Of a DNA stretch of 53,232 nucleotides, positions 24,783 through 34,513 are shown piece after piece. Source of the stretch: Thermoleophilia bacterium (GTDB taxonomy: Bacteria; Actinomycetota; Thermoleophilia; RBG-16-64-13); NCBI GenBank assembly GCA_017882525.1, contig JADGPI010000015.1, positions 1 to 53,232 on the forward strand, read 5' to 3'. Below the pieces are notes generated by a model. The model saw nothing but the letters and a program-made list of their open reading frames with translations. It was not told the DNA's origin and did not search any database. Position numbers and translations under genes: made by a program. Positions within the stretch are counted from its first letter, which is position 1. Each line of letters starts with the position of its first letter.

Positions 24783-26180
24783 ATGAGACACTCGGCAGGT
24801 GAGTCGAAAGTGCCTGGAGAGAATGCCGGTCGAGAGCGCGAGATCGTTCAGGGAAGGCGGCTGCGTGTCCGCCTCTCGAGATTTGGCCGACTTGGGTTTG
24901 TCGCAAGCGCCCTGTGTTGTCTAGTTGTGGCGGCGATCGCGCTTGGGTCTGGCCGGCTGGAGCCTCAGTCGGCGTTTGCGGCCGGCGCACGTGCGATCAG
25001 CCCGGGTGGCGAGAAACTGGTCGCCTTCGAAGACGTTGTGGTAGGGCCGGGCGAGACCTGGAACGACGTAGTGGTGATAGGCGGAGATCTGACCGTTCAA
25101 GGCACCGTCGATCGGTCAGTCGTTGTGGTGGGGGGTGACGCCACCATTGGATCCACCGCGAAGGTGGGCGCCGGCCTGACCGGTAGCGACCACTCGGTTG
25201 TCGTTGTGTTCGGCAAGCTCACCGTTGAGAACGGGGCCACCATCTTTGGGCAGACCACGCAGGTGGCCGCGAGAGTGAGAGGTGCCATCAGGGGCGGCAT
25301 CACCGACCCCATCGTGGCGCCCTGGCACCTGGGAGCGGTGGTCGGATGGATAGCCTCGACCATCGCGCTTGCGATCATTGCGCTGATCGCGATTGCGATC
25401 GCACCCCGCCAAGTGGCGTTCGTCCGTGACCGCGTCAGGGGCCACGCATGGTCGTCGCTGGGATGGGGTGCTCTGGGAGCGATCATCGTCGTGCCCCTCG
25501 TGAGCGCTCTGCTCGTGATTACCGTCATAGGAATCATCGTCGCCGTACCTTGGTTGGTGATCGGCGTACCCTGGCTTTTCCTCTTCGGCTTCGTGAGTTT
25601 CGGAGCCTTCATCGGCCGTCTCATCCTCGGGAAGAGGGTGGACGACCGGGGCCATCTCATGGCCGCGGGTGTTCTTGGCGTGGTGATCTTGAATTTGCTC
25701 AGGTGGATACCTTTGGCGGGAGCGGTGATACTGGCCCTGCTCTTCTTGACTGGGTTCGGCGCCACGTACGTGTCGATCTACGTCTGGCTGCGCGATCGAC
25801 GGCGCCGACGTCACGAGATCTCGATGCGTCGGGCGGCAGAAGTCGGCCGGGCGTGGCCGTATCAAGGGCCGAACACGGGTGGCATGGGGACCGGCCCGGG
25901 CTGGGTCGTACCTTCGGGTCCGACCGCGCCACAGCAAGGCGGCGCGCCGGGAGCCGCGGCTCCCGCGGCTACGCCGCCCCCGACCCCGACACCGACTGTG
26001 CCGCCCGAGGCTCCACAGGCGCCGTCTTACGCCCAGACGAACTCGCACTGGAGCACGCCGCCGGCCGCGGATGAACCCATGGCCGCGGAGCCGGCTGGAG
26101 AAAGCTGGGCTGGAGATGGCACACCCCCGATCGGCGGCGAGCCATACGCTCCGGAGCCTCTTGACGACCCGCGAGAGTGA
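24783..26180 (+). CDS. Membrane protein with bactofilin-like beta-helical segment, multi-helix core and Pro-rich tail
   Basis: GAGGGGGA precedes ATG 24783. It has an N-terminal anchor, then repetitive V-x-G/D stretches (VVVIGGDLTVQGTVDRSVVVVGGDATIGSTAKVGAGL...), then 4-5 helices, then a Pro/Ala/Gly-rich C-terminus. Confidence 0.6.
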   Translation: MRHSAGESKVPGENAGREREIVQGRRLRVRLSRFGRLGFVASALCCLVVAAIALGSGRLEPQSAFAAGARAISPGGEKLVAFEDVVVGPGETWNDVVVIGGDLTVQGTVDRSVVVVGGDATIGSTAKVGAGLTGSDHSVVVVFGKLTVENGATIFGQTTQVAARVRGAIRGGITDPIVAPWHLGAVVGWIASTIALAIIALIAIAIAPRQVAFVRDRVRGHAWSSLGWGALGAIIVVPLVSALLVITVIGIIVAVPWLVIGVPWLFLFGFVSFGAFIGRLILGKRVDDRGHLMAAGVLGVVILNLLRWIPLAGAVILALLFLTGFGATYVSIYVWLRDRRRRRHEISMRRAAEVGRAWPYQGPNTGGMGTGPGWVVPSGPTAPQQGGAPGAAAPAATPPPTPTPTVPPEAPQAPSYAQTNSHWSTPPAADEPMAAEPAGESWAGDGTPPIGGEPYAPEPLDDPRE

Positions 26181-26235
26181 CCAGCGCAAGCTCGCCCGAA
26201 GCTGGGGGCCGTTCCGACCAAACCGAACCAGCGGG

Positions 26236-27777
26236 TCACACTAACGCGCGCAAAGTCCGGTAGATCTGGACCATGGCCCAGGTGTCTTGGTCACAGTAGT
26301 CGACCATCTCGTTTCTTAGCCGGTCCTTTTCGGCGCCGTCGGGCATGATCCTCAAGGCTCCGAACGCCAACGCCGCGGCATTGCCATTCTGGATGGCCAG
26401 GTTCTGGTAGCTCTCCCCTGGGACGAGAGCCGGGAAGACCGCCTTCAGCGAGAAGCTGCCGTGGAACTGCGGGTGGTAGACGTTGTCGGCGACGAGTGCC
26501 TCCAGATCCACCAGCCGCGAAGCTATGTCCAGGAGCGGAAGCTCCAATCGCGGGCAGCGTGCGGCCAGGTTGTTGAGGCAGGCGCGCTCGAAAGCAGCGT
26601 GGTGGGCGATGACGGCGCCGTCATCTTGCGCGAATCGAGAGACCAGCGTTTCCGCGACTTGAAAACGTGGGTCTTGATCGCCGTCCGCCAAGTGATACGC
26701 ATGATCGCAAACGTCGTCCACAAGCAGACAATGGTCGGACCACTGGAACGGTAGTTGCTGATACGGCCGGGTGCCCGCGAAGACGGGCAGTGCTGGGTTC
26801 CAGGACTCGAAGTCGAGGAAATGCAGCGGGCGGGCCAGACCATCCAAGATCTCCCCCAACTCCGGTTCGATCCGTAGCTCACCCGAGAGGACCGAGTCGA
26901 CCACGCGCAATACCCGCGGGCCGTACGCGCTCGAACGTACCGCGCCCACGAGTCGCGCATACTCCAGGGTGTCTTTGCGCAGTTCGAGTATGTCGGTTAT
27001 GCCCATCTCCTGAAGCAATGGCCCCGTTTGCCTCGCCCACCCGAACTCGGTGACCGGGAACTCGCAGCATCGCGGCCGGCAGTACCCTTCGTAGTACTCG
27101 CAGTCGTGGCAGGAGTTTCTGACGGTGGCCTCGGGCGGGTCGTCTCGCAGGAGCCAAAGGGCGATGCTTCGAAGCGAGGCGGGCAGCGTCGAGGCAATGT
27201 GCGCCCGCGCCTGCCCGGTCACGTCCTCGGGCACGAACAGGTCGAGGGGGCGATGGCTGCTCCCGCCCGGATGGATGTAGTCCGGATTCAGGTGCATGAG
27301 GTTCGCACGTTCGACTGGCAGGCCGGAAGACTCAAGCACGTAGAGCTGGATGGCCACGTCGGGGATGTGCTTGGCCTCGTCGACCTTGGTGCCCGACTTC
27401 ACCTCGGTGAGCTCATAGGTGCCATTGCCCAGCCGACGAAGAATATCGACACGGACAAGGATCCCCTGGTGCTCGACGGCCGCCTCGTAGATGACCTCGC
27501 GGCGAAGGGCCAGTGCTTCTCGGGTCCGGCGGAGGGCTTCAGGAATCCGCGTGTGGTCGGCCTCGATGAGCAGCCCCCCCGGCCAGTAGTTCCGAGCTAA
27601 CCGGCCGACGCGGTTGCCCGAGTCGAAAAGGGCCTGGCGCTCGGGCGTAAGGGTGCAATAGCTGTCGAAACGGGCAGGAAATGCCCGGAGGTATCCGAGC
27701 CGTGGGCAGGCGAGGAAACTCGTGTATCTCGACTTGGACAGCCTTGGTGGCCGCCTGTGTATGGTGTTGTCGTTCAT
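26236..27777 (-). CDS. DUF2779-type protein: N-terminal PD-(D/E)XK (Cas4/RecB-like) nuclease fold fused to a DnaQ/RNase H-like exonuclease fold
   Basis: ATG 27777 (MNDNTIHRR). The D...ELTEVK motif lies in VRVDILRRLGNGTYELTEVKSGTK. There is a Cys cluster CHDCEYYEGYC...CC. The C-terminal half has HFLDFESWN, VIAHHAAFE and YCDQDTWAM, resembling the DEDD Exo I-III motifs. Confidence 0.7.
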   Translation of the reverse strand: MNDNTIHRRPPRLSKSRYTSFLACPRLGYLRAFPARFDSYCTLTPERQALFDSGNRVGRLARNYWPGGLLIEADHTRIPEALRRTREALALRREVIYEAAVEHQGILVRVDILRRLGNGTYELTEVKSGTKVDEAKHIPDVAIQLYVLESSGLPVERANLMHLNPDYIHPGGSSHRPLDLFVPEDVTGQARAHIASTLPASLRSIALWLLRDDPPEATVRNSCHDCEYYEGYCRPRCCEFPVTEFGWARQTGPLLQEMGITDILELRKDTLEYARLVGAVRSSAYGPRVLRVVDSVLSGELRIEPELGEILDGLARPLHFLDFESWNPALPVFAGTRPYQQLPFQWSDHCLLVDDVCDHAYHLADGDQDPRFQVAETLVSRFAQDDGAVIAHHAAFERACLNNLAARCPRLELPLLDIASRLVDLEALVADNVYHPQFHGSFSLKAVFPALVPGESYQNLAIQNGNAAALAFGALRIMPDGAEKDRLRNEMVDYCDQDTWAMVQIYRTLRALV

Positions 27778-27927
27778 GGGAACAGGATAGCGCGGCATCC
27801 GGACAGGGTTTGTCGGTGTTCGACTCCGCGTGGTAGCATCCGTCGTCTGTCTCGGTCCACGTCGCTCACGACACAACGCCTTGGGGCTCTCGCATCCGGT
27901 TCGCACCGGACGGGAGAGGAGAGTTGG

Positions 27928-28509
27928 ATGCGACCGTTGTTCGCCCGGATCAGTCTGGTGCTTGTCGGCGCAGCGATGCTGGGTGGCTTGCTCGCCGCTC
28001 CCGCCAGTGCGACCACCGCGGCTCAGTTCATGGACCGCTCGCTCTTCATGCCTCACAACAGCCCGATCACCGGGGCCATGGTGGTCAACAACTCCAAGTG
28101 GTATGGCATCGGCGTGCTACCGCAACTGGTGATCCTCACGGCCGAGACTGCCCTGGGCGATCCCAAGCTGGGCGGAGAACTTGCCCGCCAGAATAATTTC
28201 GGGTGTCTCCGCTATCGCAGCGCTCCAACAAGATGGGGAGTGCTGGCAAACGGCAAGGTCACGGTGGCCGGTAGCGACTGGTATACGTTCCCGAGCGCGC
28301 AAGTGGGGATGATCGCCTTTGGCCGCTTTCTCAAGCTCGGCCAAAATGGAGCTCTGAAAGAGGCCCTTGCCGGCCAACCGTACGACTGGGCATCCTTTGC
28401 GAAGGCTTACTACGGTGACTACTCAGGGCTGGCAGCGTACACGGCCAAGCTGCAGAGCCTCGAGACTTCGCTACGGGCCAAAGCCGCGAAGTCGGGGGTC
28501 ACCCTCTAA
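27928..28509 (+). CDS. Secreted protein, possibly glucosaminidase (FlgJ/LytD-type) domain
   Basis: GGGAGAGGAGAG precedes ATG 27928. Signal peptide ends PASA. ILTAETALGDPKLGGELARQNNFGCLRY resembles the glucosaminidase E...NNxFG block. Confidence 0.45.
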   Translation: MRPLFARISLVLVGAAMLGGLLAAPASATTAAQFMDRSLFMPHNSPITGAMVVNNSKWYGIGVLPQLVILTAETALGDPKLGGELARQNNFGCLRYRSAPTRWGVLANGKVTVAGSDWYTFPSAQVGMIAFGRFLKLGQNGALKEALAGQPYDWASFAKAYYGDYSGLAAYTAKLQSLETSLRAKAAKSGVTL

Positions 28510-29183
28510 GCCCGCGTCGCCCCTGGGCCAAGTCCGGCCACCGTCTCGGGGAGAAGCTGGTCAAGAGAAGTGAGAACCAAGTCTGCCACTGCGGGAATGT
28601 CGCCTGCCGGCGGGAACCACGGGTGCGGGATAGCGATCACACCAAGGCCCGCGGCCTTTGCTGAGGTGACTCCCATGGGCGAGTCTTCCACGGCAACCGC
28701 TGATGCAGGTGATATAGCGAGCAACTCGCAAGTGCGGAGATAGACGTCCGGCGCCGGCTTGCCACGGGAAACATCGTCGGAGGAGACCCAAGCTGCGAAG
28801 TGTGACTCCAGCCCGCTCCTGTTGAGGACATAAGCGATGATCTGCCGGGGGGACGAGCTTGCGAGGCCGAGCTTGTACTTCGCTCCGATTCGGGCTACCG
28901 CCTCAACTGCGCCGGGGAGCAGTGGCAACTCGACACGTAACCTATCGAGAAGTCGCTCGGTCACCCAGCGGATGATCTCGTCGGTTGTGAGGGGAAGGTC
29001 GTGCACCCGGCGGAGGTAGGAGGCCCATTGTCTCGAATTGTCCCCGCCTGCGAAGGCTTGCTGGTCCAAGGCGCTCCATGGGCGCTTGCAGACAAGGAAC
29101 AATTCCTGCAGCACTTCGTTCCAAGCTCCCCCGGAGTCGAGTAACACGCCGTCCATGTCGAAGATGACCGCGGTGATGGGCAT
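28506..29183 (-). CDS. HAD-IA family hydrolase (beta-phosphoglucomutase/phosphatase-like)
   Basis: VIFDMDGVLLDS, ASSS, KGKPAPDVYL and VEDSPMGVTSAKAAG are HAD motifs I-IV. The start is ATG 29183. Confidence 0.85.
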   Translation of the reverse strand: MPITAVIFDMDGVLLDSGGAWNEVLQELFLVCKRPWSALDQQAFAGGDNSRQWASYLRRVHDLPLTTDEIIRWVTERLLDRLRVELPLLPGAVEAVARIGAKYKLGLASSSPRQIIAYVLNRSGLESHFAAWVSSDDVSRGKPAPDVYLRTCELLAISPASAVAVEDSPMGVTSAKAAGLGVIAIPHPWFPPAGDIPAVADLVLTSLDQLLPETVAGLGPGATRA

Positions 29184-29248
29184 GCACAGAGTATACGGGG
29201 CCGTGCGGCGCCGATGCCGGTCCGGGCCAAAGAACCAGAGCGGCCGAT

Positions 29249-29704
29249 TCAGTACCGGGGCCTCTCGAGCGATTCCTGGTAGAAGGAGACTACGCCCACT
29301 TCCTTCATCCGGTCGTTCGCCGCGCGCCATCGCCGCTCGAGCATCTCGGGGTATTGGTTGTGCGAGCAGGGATACTCGTCGCATTGGAAGCAATAGTCCA
29401 CACCCTTCTCGCGGAAGCAGATCCGTGCGGCGCAGAATGGCAGGCCCGAGCCGCTGGCGCGACAGCCCGTGCAGCTGCCTTCGGCGAGAAAGTCGAGTAC
29501 TCCCTGGAACTCAGGGTATCCGGCGAGTACCGGATGCTCCCCGGCTACCCGCGCCGCTAGGCTCTCGAAGCCCTTCAAATCCAGTCTGAGCTGCGCGGCT
29601 TCGCGTCGGACACGCCCGTCCGCGTACCAGGTGCAGCGGTCGCATTCTACGCCGCATGGAGCGAGGCATCGCAAGACAGACTGGTAGTCTGGGGACTCAT
29701 CCAT
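29249..29704 (-). CDS. Cys-rich DUF3795-like protein
   Basis: The Cys patterns CLAPCGVECDRC, CTGC and DYCFQCDEYPC are typical of DUF3795. The start is ATG 29704. Confidence 0.6.
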   Translation of the reverse strand: MDESPDYQSVLRCLAPCGVECDRCTWYADGRVRREAAQLRLDLKGFESLAARVAGEHPVLAGYPEFQGVLDFLAEGSCTGCRASGSGLPFCAARICFREKGVDYCFQCDEYPCSHNQYPEMLERRWRAANDRMKEVGVVSFYQESLERPRY

Positions 29705-29855
29705 GGCATCTCCTCTTTTGATCAGGTACAACCGGACGTCGACGGAGTGCATCCCTCGTCGGCCCCCCGGCGACGCGATAGCTCTCCTCCGCCTTTTCCC
29801 ATTGTATACGGGCTAATATGCGTTCACACGAACGTCACGAAGCGGGCGAGGCTCA

Positions 29856-30341
29856 ATGGCGGAAACTCTCATACGGGCTCTGGGGCCGGCGGACCGGGCC
29901 TGGGCTCTGGAAATGGTCCGGGCCTGGGGATCCGACTTCGTGGTGTCTCGGGGTCGTAAGATCTACGCGGCCGAGCTCCAAGGGTTCTGTGCCGTTTCTT
30001 CCATCGGCGAACGTACCGGGCTTGCCACGTATGAGGTCGTCGGCGACCAGTGCCAATTGGTCACCCTGCATGCATTCGTCGAGTTCGCCGGCATCGGCAC
30101 CAGGCTCGTGGAGGCGGTCCGAGACGCGGCTGCTGAAGCGGGTTGCGGTCGCCTTTGGCTTATCACCACAAACGACAATCTCGACGCGCTACGCTTCTAT
30201 CAGCGCCGGGGGTTCTTGTTGGTGGCGGTGCACCGTGGCCTACGCGATGTAGCCCGTACGTTGAAACCGTGTATCCCTATCGTGGGGAACTATGGGATCC
30301 CGATACGGGACGAGGTGGAGCTGGAGATGACTCTGGCCTGA
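29856..30341 (+). CDS. GNAT family N-acetyltransferase
   Basis: The acetyl-CoA-binding block FAGIGTRLVEAVRDAAAEAGCGRLWLITTNDNLDALRFYQRRGF is present. Confidence 0.85.
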   Translation: MAETLIRALGPADRAWALEMVRAWGSDFVVSRGRKIYAAELQGFCAVSSIGERTGLATYEVVGDQCQLVTLHAFVEFAGIGTRLVEAVRDAAAEAGCGRLWLITTNDNLDALRFYQRRGFLLVAVHRGLRDVARTLKPCIPIVGNYGIPIRDEVELEMTLA

Positions 30342-30378
30342 AGGGCCGCGAGCTTGTCTAGTCCCACGGAAAGCCGCA

Positions 30379-31986
30379 TTAGCCGACGGCCTTGAGGATC
30401 TTCTTGATCGGTGCGGCGACCACCCGGTTCCTCCCGGCCTCCTTCGCCGCGTACAGGGCCTGGTCGGCTCTTTCGAGCACCGCGTCAAGGGTGTCCGCGG
30501 CGCCTCCGGCCTCGCCGAACTCGGCGACGCCCACGCTCACGGTCACTCCGACCGTTTTGTCTCCCGGATCGATGCGCACGGCCAACGACTCGACGGCGAC
30601 ACGGAGACGTTCGGCCACCGCCATGGCTTCCGGCAGCGGGGTGTGCGGAAGAAGCACGGCGAACTCCTCGCCGCCGAACCTGCCCATGAGGTCGTTGTCA
30701 CGAAGGGTCAGCTTGCACGCGTCGGCGACTCCCCGGAGCACGGCGTCTCCCATGCGATGGCCATAGGTGTCGTTCACTATCTTGAAATGGTCCACGTCCA
30801 TGAAAACCATCGCCGCCGGCGTGTGGTACCGGCGCGACCGTTCCAGCTCTTTGGCGGTGAGCTCGAAGAAGTGGCGGCGGTTGAAGAGTCCCGTCAGGTC
30901 GTCTTTGCTCGCGAGCTCGCGAGCCTGCTCGAACAGGCTTACCCGTTCAGTGATGTCGTGGAGAACGACCGCCCGGCCCAAGAATCGGCCGCCCCGCTTT
31001 GAGACCGGCGACGACGTGAGGCTGTAGAAGCGATTGGCCGGGCCGGTCTTCACCGTCATCTCGGTGCGGTTCGTGGGCAGAGTGAGTTCCGGCCCGGCCT
31101 CCTCCAAGAGCTGTGCGAGCACCGTGAAACCGGCGAAAAGACTCCCTGCGCGCCCGCCCACTGCATCGCGTCGCGTGACACCCGTGATCCGCTCGGCGGC
31201 CAGGTTCATGTCCACGATCTGGCCCGACCGGTCGGTCACGATCACGCCATCGGCCAGGTTCTCCACCACCAGGTCTCGCGCCAGGGGAACGATATCGAAC
31301 AAGCGCCAGCGGAACAGTCCCAAAGTGAGCACCAGACCGGAGACCCCGAACATGATCGGGGTGGGGTTGTAGTCTTTCCATGGCAGCACGTCCAGCACGT
31401 AGACGACCGTGGTCGAGAGCGGCATGAGCAGCGAGACCAACAGAACCAGAGTGTGCCTCCGGCGCCCGGGGTTGCGGATGATCGAGCGGATGAGCAAAAA
31501 GAGGGCGGACACGTTGACGAGCGTCAGGAAGGGCAGGAAGACCCATAGGATCCACGGGCCATAGTCCGCGTGCAGCACGGGGAACGGTGCGGCCGTGAAC
31601 TCGATGATTGGGTTCACCCGAAAGAGACGCGCTGGGTTGGTGAAGGCCAACGCGATGGTAGCCGCGGGGATGAGCCAGAGCCCGATCGATAGGAACCGGC
31701 TCGTCTTCAGGCTGCCGAGGTAGCGGCGCGTGAGGTACCACCAGCAGACGGAGGAAGTCGCCGCGCCGATGAACTGTGTATTGGCGAAAAGCGTCTTCGC
31801 CTGGAGACCCTGGGCAAGGATCTCGAGAACGTAGCCCACGCACCAGATGAAGAGAGCCGCGATGGTGGCAGCGAACCACGGGCCGACAGGGTCTTTGCGG
31901 TTGTTCCAAGCCACGTAGAACAGGCCGACAAGGATCGCGGCGGCGGCAGCGATCGGAATGATCTGACTGGTGAACTGAAAGCTCAT
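30379..31986 (-). CDS. Diguanylate cyclase with N-terminal 7TM sensor region and PAS domain
   Basis: Seven N-terminal helices and a PAS-like segment (VVENLADGVIVTDRSGQIVDMN). The GGDEF domain has GGEEF and an RxxD I-site (RDND) five residues upstream. Confidence 0.9.
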   Translation of the reverse strand: MSFQFTSQIIPIAAAAAILVGLFYVAWNNRKDPVGPWFAATIAALFIWCVGYVLEILAQGLQAKTLFANTQFIGAATSSVCWWYLTRRYLGSLKTSRFLSIGLWLIPAATIALAFTNPARLFRVNPIIEFTAAPFPVLHADYGPWILWVFLPFLTLVNVSALFLLIRSIIRNPGRRRHTLVLLVSLLMPLSTTVVYVLDVLPWKDYNPTPIMFGVSGLVLTLGLFRWRLFDIVPLARDLVVENLADGVIVTDRSGQIVDMNLAAERITGVTRRDAVGGRAGSLFAGFTVLAQLLEEAGPELTLPTNRTEMTVKTGPANRFYSLTSSPVSKRGGRFLGRAVVLHDITERVSLFEQARELASKDDLTGLFNRRHFFELTAKELERSRRYHTPAAMVFMDVDHFKIVNDTYGHRMGDAVLRGVADACKLTLRDNDLMGRFGGEEFAVLLPHTPLPEAMAVAERLRVAVESLAVRIDPGDKTVGVTVSVGVAEFGEAGGAADTLDAVLERADQALYAAKEAGRNRVVAAPIKKILKAVG

Positions 31987-32179
31987 CCAGTTACCCAGAG
32001 GCGCATGTATTCGTTTCTATCACTAGCCATTCATCGATAGTGTCGGGCGGGGGCGCGAAAAGCTTTATCTTTGTGCTGGGAGGCAAGTAGCTTGGCAGTC
32101 CGCTTCATTTGGCGGAAGGTTTCCCGTAAACTAGTTGTTCTCTAGTGCCTGTCACGACTAGCAGTACAGGGGAGGGCGC

Positions 32180-34474
32180 ATGAGCGGCATCACCGGAAGG
32201 AAGCTCACTTCCAGCGGCCAGGAAGATGGGGCAGGATCTCGCCCCGTGCTCCGGGTGGCGTGGCGGCTGTTGCCTTGCGTGGTCCTCGTCTTGGTTCTCA
32301 TCGCGCTAAGTGCGGGTCCTGCGCTCGCCAGCCAGGGTTTTTGGCAGACCCTCAGCTCGGGGACTGCGGAAGATCTCCGCTCGGTGTTCTTCGTCGACCA
32401 GAACACAGGTTGGGCCGTGGGCAACAACGGCGTCATCCTGAGTACCAGCAATGGGGGCCTCTCCTGGCAGGCGCAGACCTCCGGCTCCACTGCCAGCCTG
32501 CTCTCGGTGGTCTTCGCCGACAGCAGTAACGGGTGGGTGGTCGGTTCCACCTCCGATTCCAAGCCCGTGATCTTGCACACGTCCGACGGCGGCAAGACCT
32601 GGGTCGTCCAGGCATCCCCTGCTCCCGCCGGGCTGGCTTCGATTACAGCGGTCGATGCGAATACGGTCTGGGCATGCGGCGGCTCTACGGGCATCGTGCA
32701 CACCACTGACGGTGGCGCCACCTGGGTCAAACAGGACTCCGGACTGGTCGTCTCCAGCACGATCACATTCAATTCCATCAAGTTCGTCGACAAGAAGATC
32801 GGGTTCGTTGCCGGCACGTACCACAGCGTGAGGGTCACCACTGACGGCGGCCTGACGTGGCTAGACGGTGCCGACGTGAACACCCTCGGCGAGAAGTGGG
32901 GTATCTACGGGGTCGATAGCATGTCTTTTACTGACAAGGACAATGGCTGGCTCATCGGGGACGCCTCCATCATCGGCTCTAACCCCCTCCAGATCGTCCA
33001 TTTCTTGCTTCACACCATCAACGGTGCCCGGAGTTGGCAGAAGGTCCCGGTGGGAAGCACTGGGATACCTTTGGCCGTCCAATTCGTGAATCAGAATGAA
33101 GGGTGGATAATCGGCGCCGCCGGCCTCATCCTGCACACCGGCGATGGCGGCGCGACCTGGGTGGTGCAGAGCTCCGGTACTTCGAGCGGACTGAACGCGG
33201 TCTCCCTGCCGGACACGACCCACGGCTCTGCTGTAGGCCAGGGAGGGACGATTGTGAAATACCGGGTGGGCTCAGGTCCCCCGCCGCCCCCAGGGGGGAA
33301 CCCGATCTTCATCGATGTGCCGGCCACGGCCACATACTTCACGGCGATCCAAGGCTTGGGCCAGGCGGGCGTGATCGACGGATACCCGGTGGGCTCCAAC
33401 AAGGAATTCCGGCCGGCCAACAATCTGACTCGCGCCCAATTCGCCAAGATGATCCTCGGGGTGCTGCAAGTGCCGGTGACCGAGGCCGATTGGTCGGATT
33501 CGAGCAAACCCTTCACCGACTTTGGCCCGGACGTCGCAAACAACCTCTACCCGCACGACTACGTCGCGGTGGCCTTCCATATTGGAATCGTCCAGGGCAA
33601 GACCGCTACGACGTTCGAGCCGACAAGGAACATCACGCGCCTCCAGTTGATCAGCATCGTGGCGCGGGCGGGCAGACTGTTTGCCGGGGACGCGCTTCCC
33701 GATCCTCCCGCCACTTGGACGGGGCAGCTTGCTGCCGCCTTCTACAACGATCCCAATCACGGGGCGAACTTAAGGGTCGCTGAGTACAACGGCCTGCTGG
33801 CCGGGCTGTCCGCGTTCGGCGCCACGTGGGACGCGACGGCCGTTGCGACTCGTGGCGAGGCCGCGCAGATCCTGTGGAACCTTTTCAACGCCGTTGGCAC
33901 GTTGCCCCCCGCACCCGGGAAACGGATACTTTTCGCGGATGACTTCTCCAGCACCGTCGGTCACTGGGCCGTCTTCGGTGACCAGACATCGGCTGTCGGT
34001 TACGACACGACGTTGCAGCACTACGTGATCAGCATCAACCAGGCTCCTCTGTCGGCCTGGGGAGCTCGCAGCCCCAACTACGCGGACTTCACAGTTGAGG
34101 TGGACGCTCAGATCGCCAATCCTCTGGACGGTCTGTACGGCCTGGTGTTCAGGCTCAGCGACAACAGTAACTACTACGAGTTCGCGCTGTCCAAGGACGG
34201 CAAATGCCAGCTTTGGAAGCGGGTGGCGGGAGTGCGCCAGGAATTGACCAGCGCGCTCGATGCCGGCTCCGTTGTCAACCCGACGGGCTTCAACCACCTC
34301 CGGGTCACCTGCCAGGGGAGCACGATCACCATGTACGTGAACGGCACCAAGATGGGTGTCCCGGTCACCGACACCTCGTTCACTTCCGGGAAGATCGGAC
34401 TGATCGGCGAGGCCACCTCCTCCGGCGGGGTGCAGTTCTGGTTCGACAACTTCAAGCTTTGGTCGGCGCCGTAG
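32180..34474 (+). CDS. Large secreted protein: Ycf48/BNR-like beta-propeller + three SLH repeats + concanavalin-like (DUF1080/LamG-type) domain
   Basis: GGGGAGGG precedes ATG 32180 and there is a signal peptide. Six SxDGGxTW-type blades are present (TSNGGLSW, TSDGGKTW, TTDGGATW, TTDGGLTW, TINGARSW, TGDGGATW). SLH repeats start at FIDVPATATYF and FTDFGPDV. The C-terminal jelly-roll-like segment ends FDNFKLW. Confidence 0.85.
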   Translation: MSGITGRKLTSSGQEDGAGSRPVLRVAWRLLPCVVLVLVLIALSAGPALASQGFWQTLSSGTAEDLRSVFFVDQNTGWAVGNNGVILSTSNGGLSWQAQTSGSTASLLSVVFADSSNGWVVGSTSDSKPVILHTSDGGKTWVVQASPAPAGLASITAVDANTVWACGGSTGIVHTTDGGATWVKQDSGLVVSSTITFNSIKFVDKKIGFVAGTYHSVRVTTDGGLTWLDGADVNTLGEKWGIYGVDSMSFTDKDNGWLIGDASIIGSNPLQIVHFLLHTINGARSWQKVPVGSTGIPLAVQFVNQNEGWIIGAAGLILHTGDGGATWVVQSSGTSSGLNAVSLPDTTHGSAVGQGGTIVKYRVGSGPPPPPGGNPIFIDVPATATYFTAIQGLGQAGVIDGYPVGSNKEFRPANNLTRAQFAKMILGVLQVPVTEADWSDSSKPFTDFGPDVANNLYPHDYVAVAFHIGIVQGKTATTFEPTRNITRLQLISIVARAGRLFAGDALPDPPATWTGQLAAAFYNDPNHGANLRVAEYNGLLAGLSAFGATWDATAVATRGEAAQILWNLFNAVGTLPPAPGKRILFADDFSSTVGHWAVFGDQTSAVGYDTTLQHYVISINQAPLSAWGARSPNYADFTVEVDAQIANPLDGLYGLVFRLSDNSNYYEFALSKDGKCQLWKRVAGVRQELTSALDAGSVVNPTGFNHLRVTCQGSTITMYVNGTKMGVPVTDTSFTSGKIGLIGEATSSGGVQFWFDNFKLWSAP

Positions 34475-34513
34475 CGGGTGCCGCGTCCGCCACGAAGTCG
34501 GAAGGAGTCTCCA

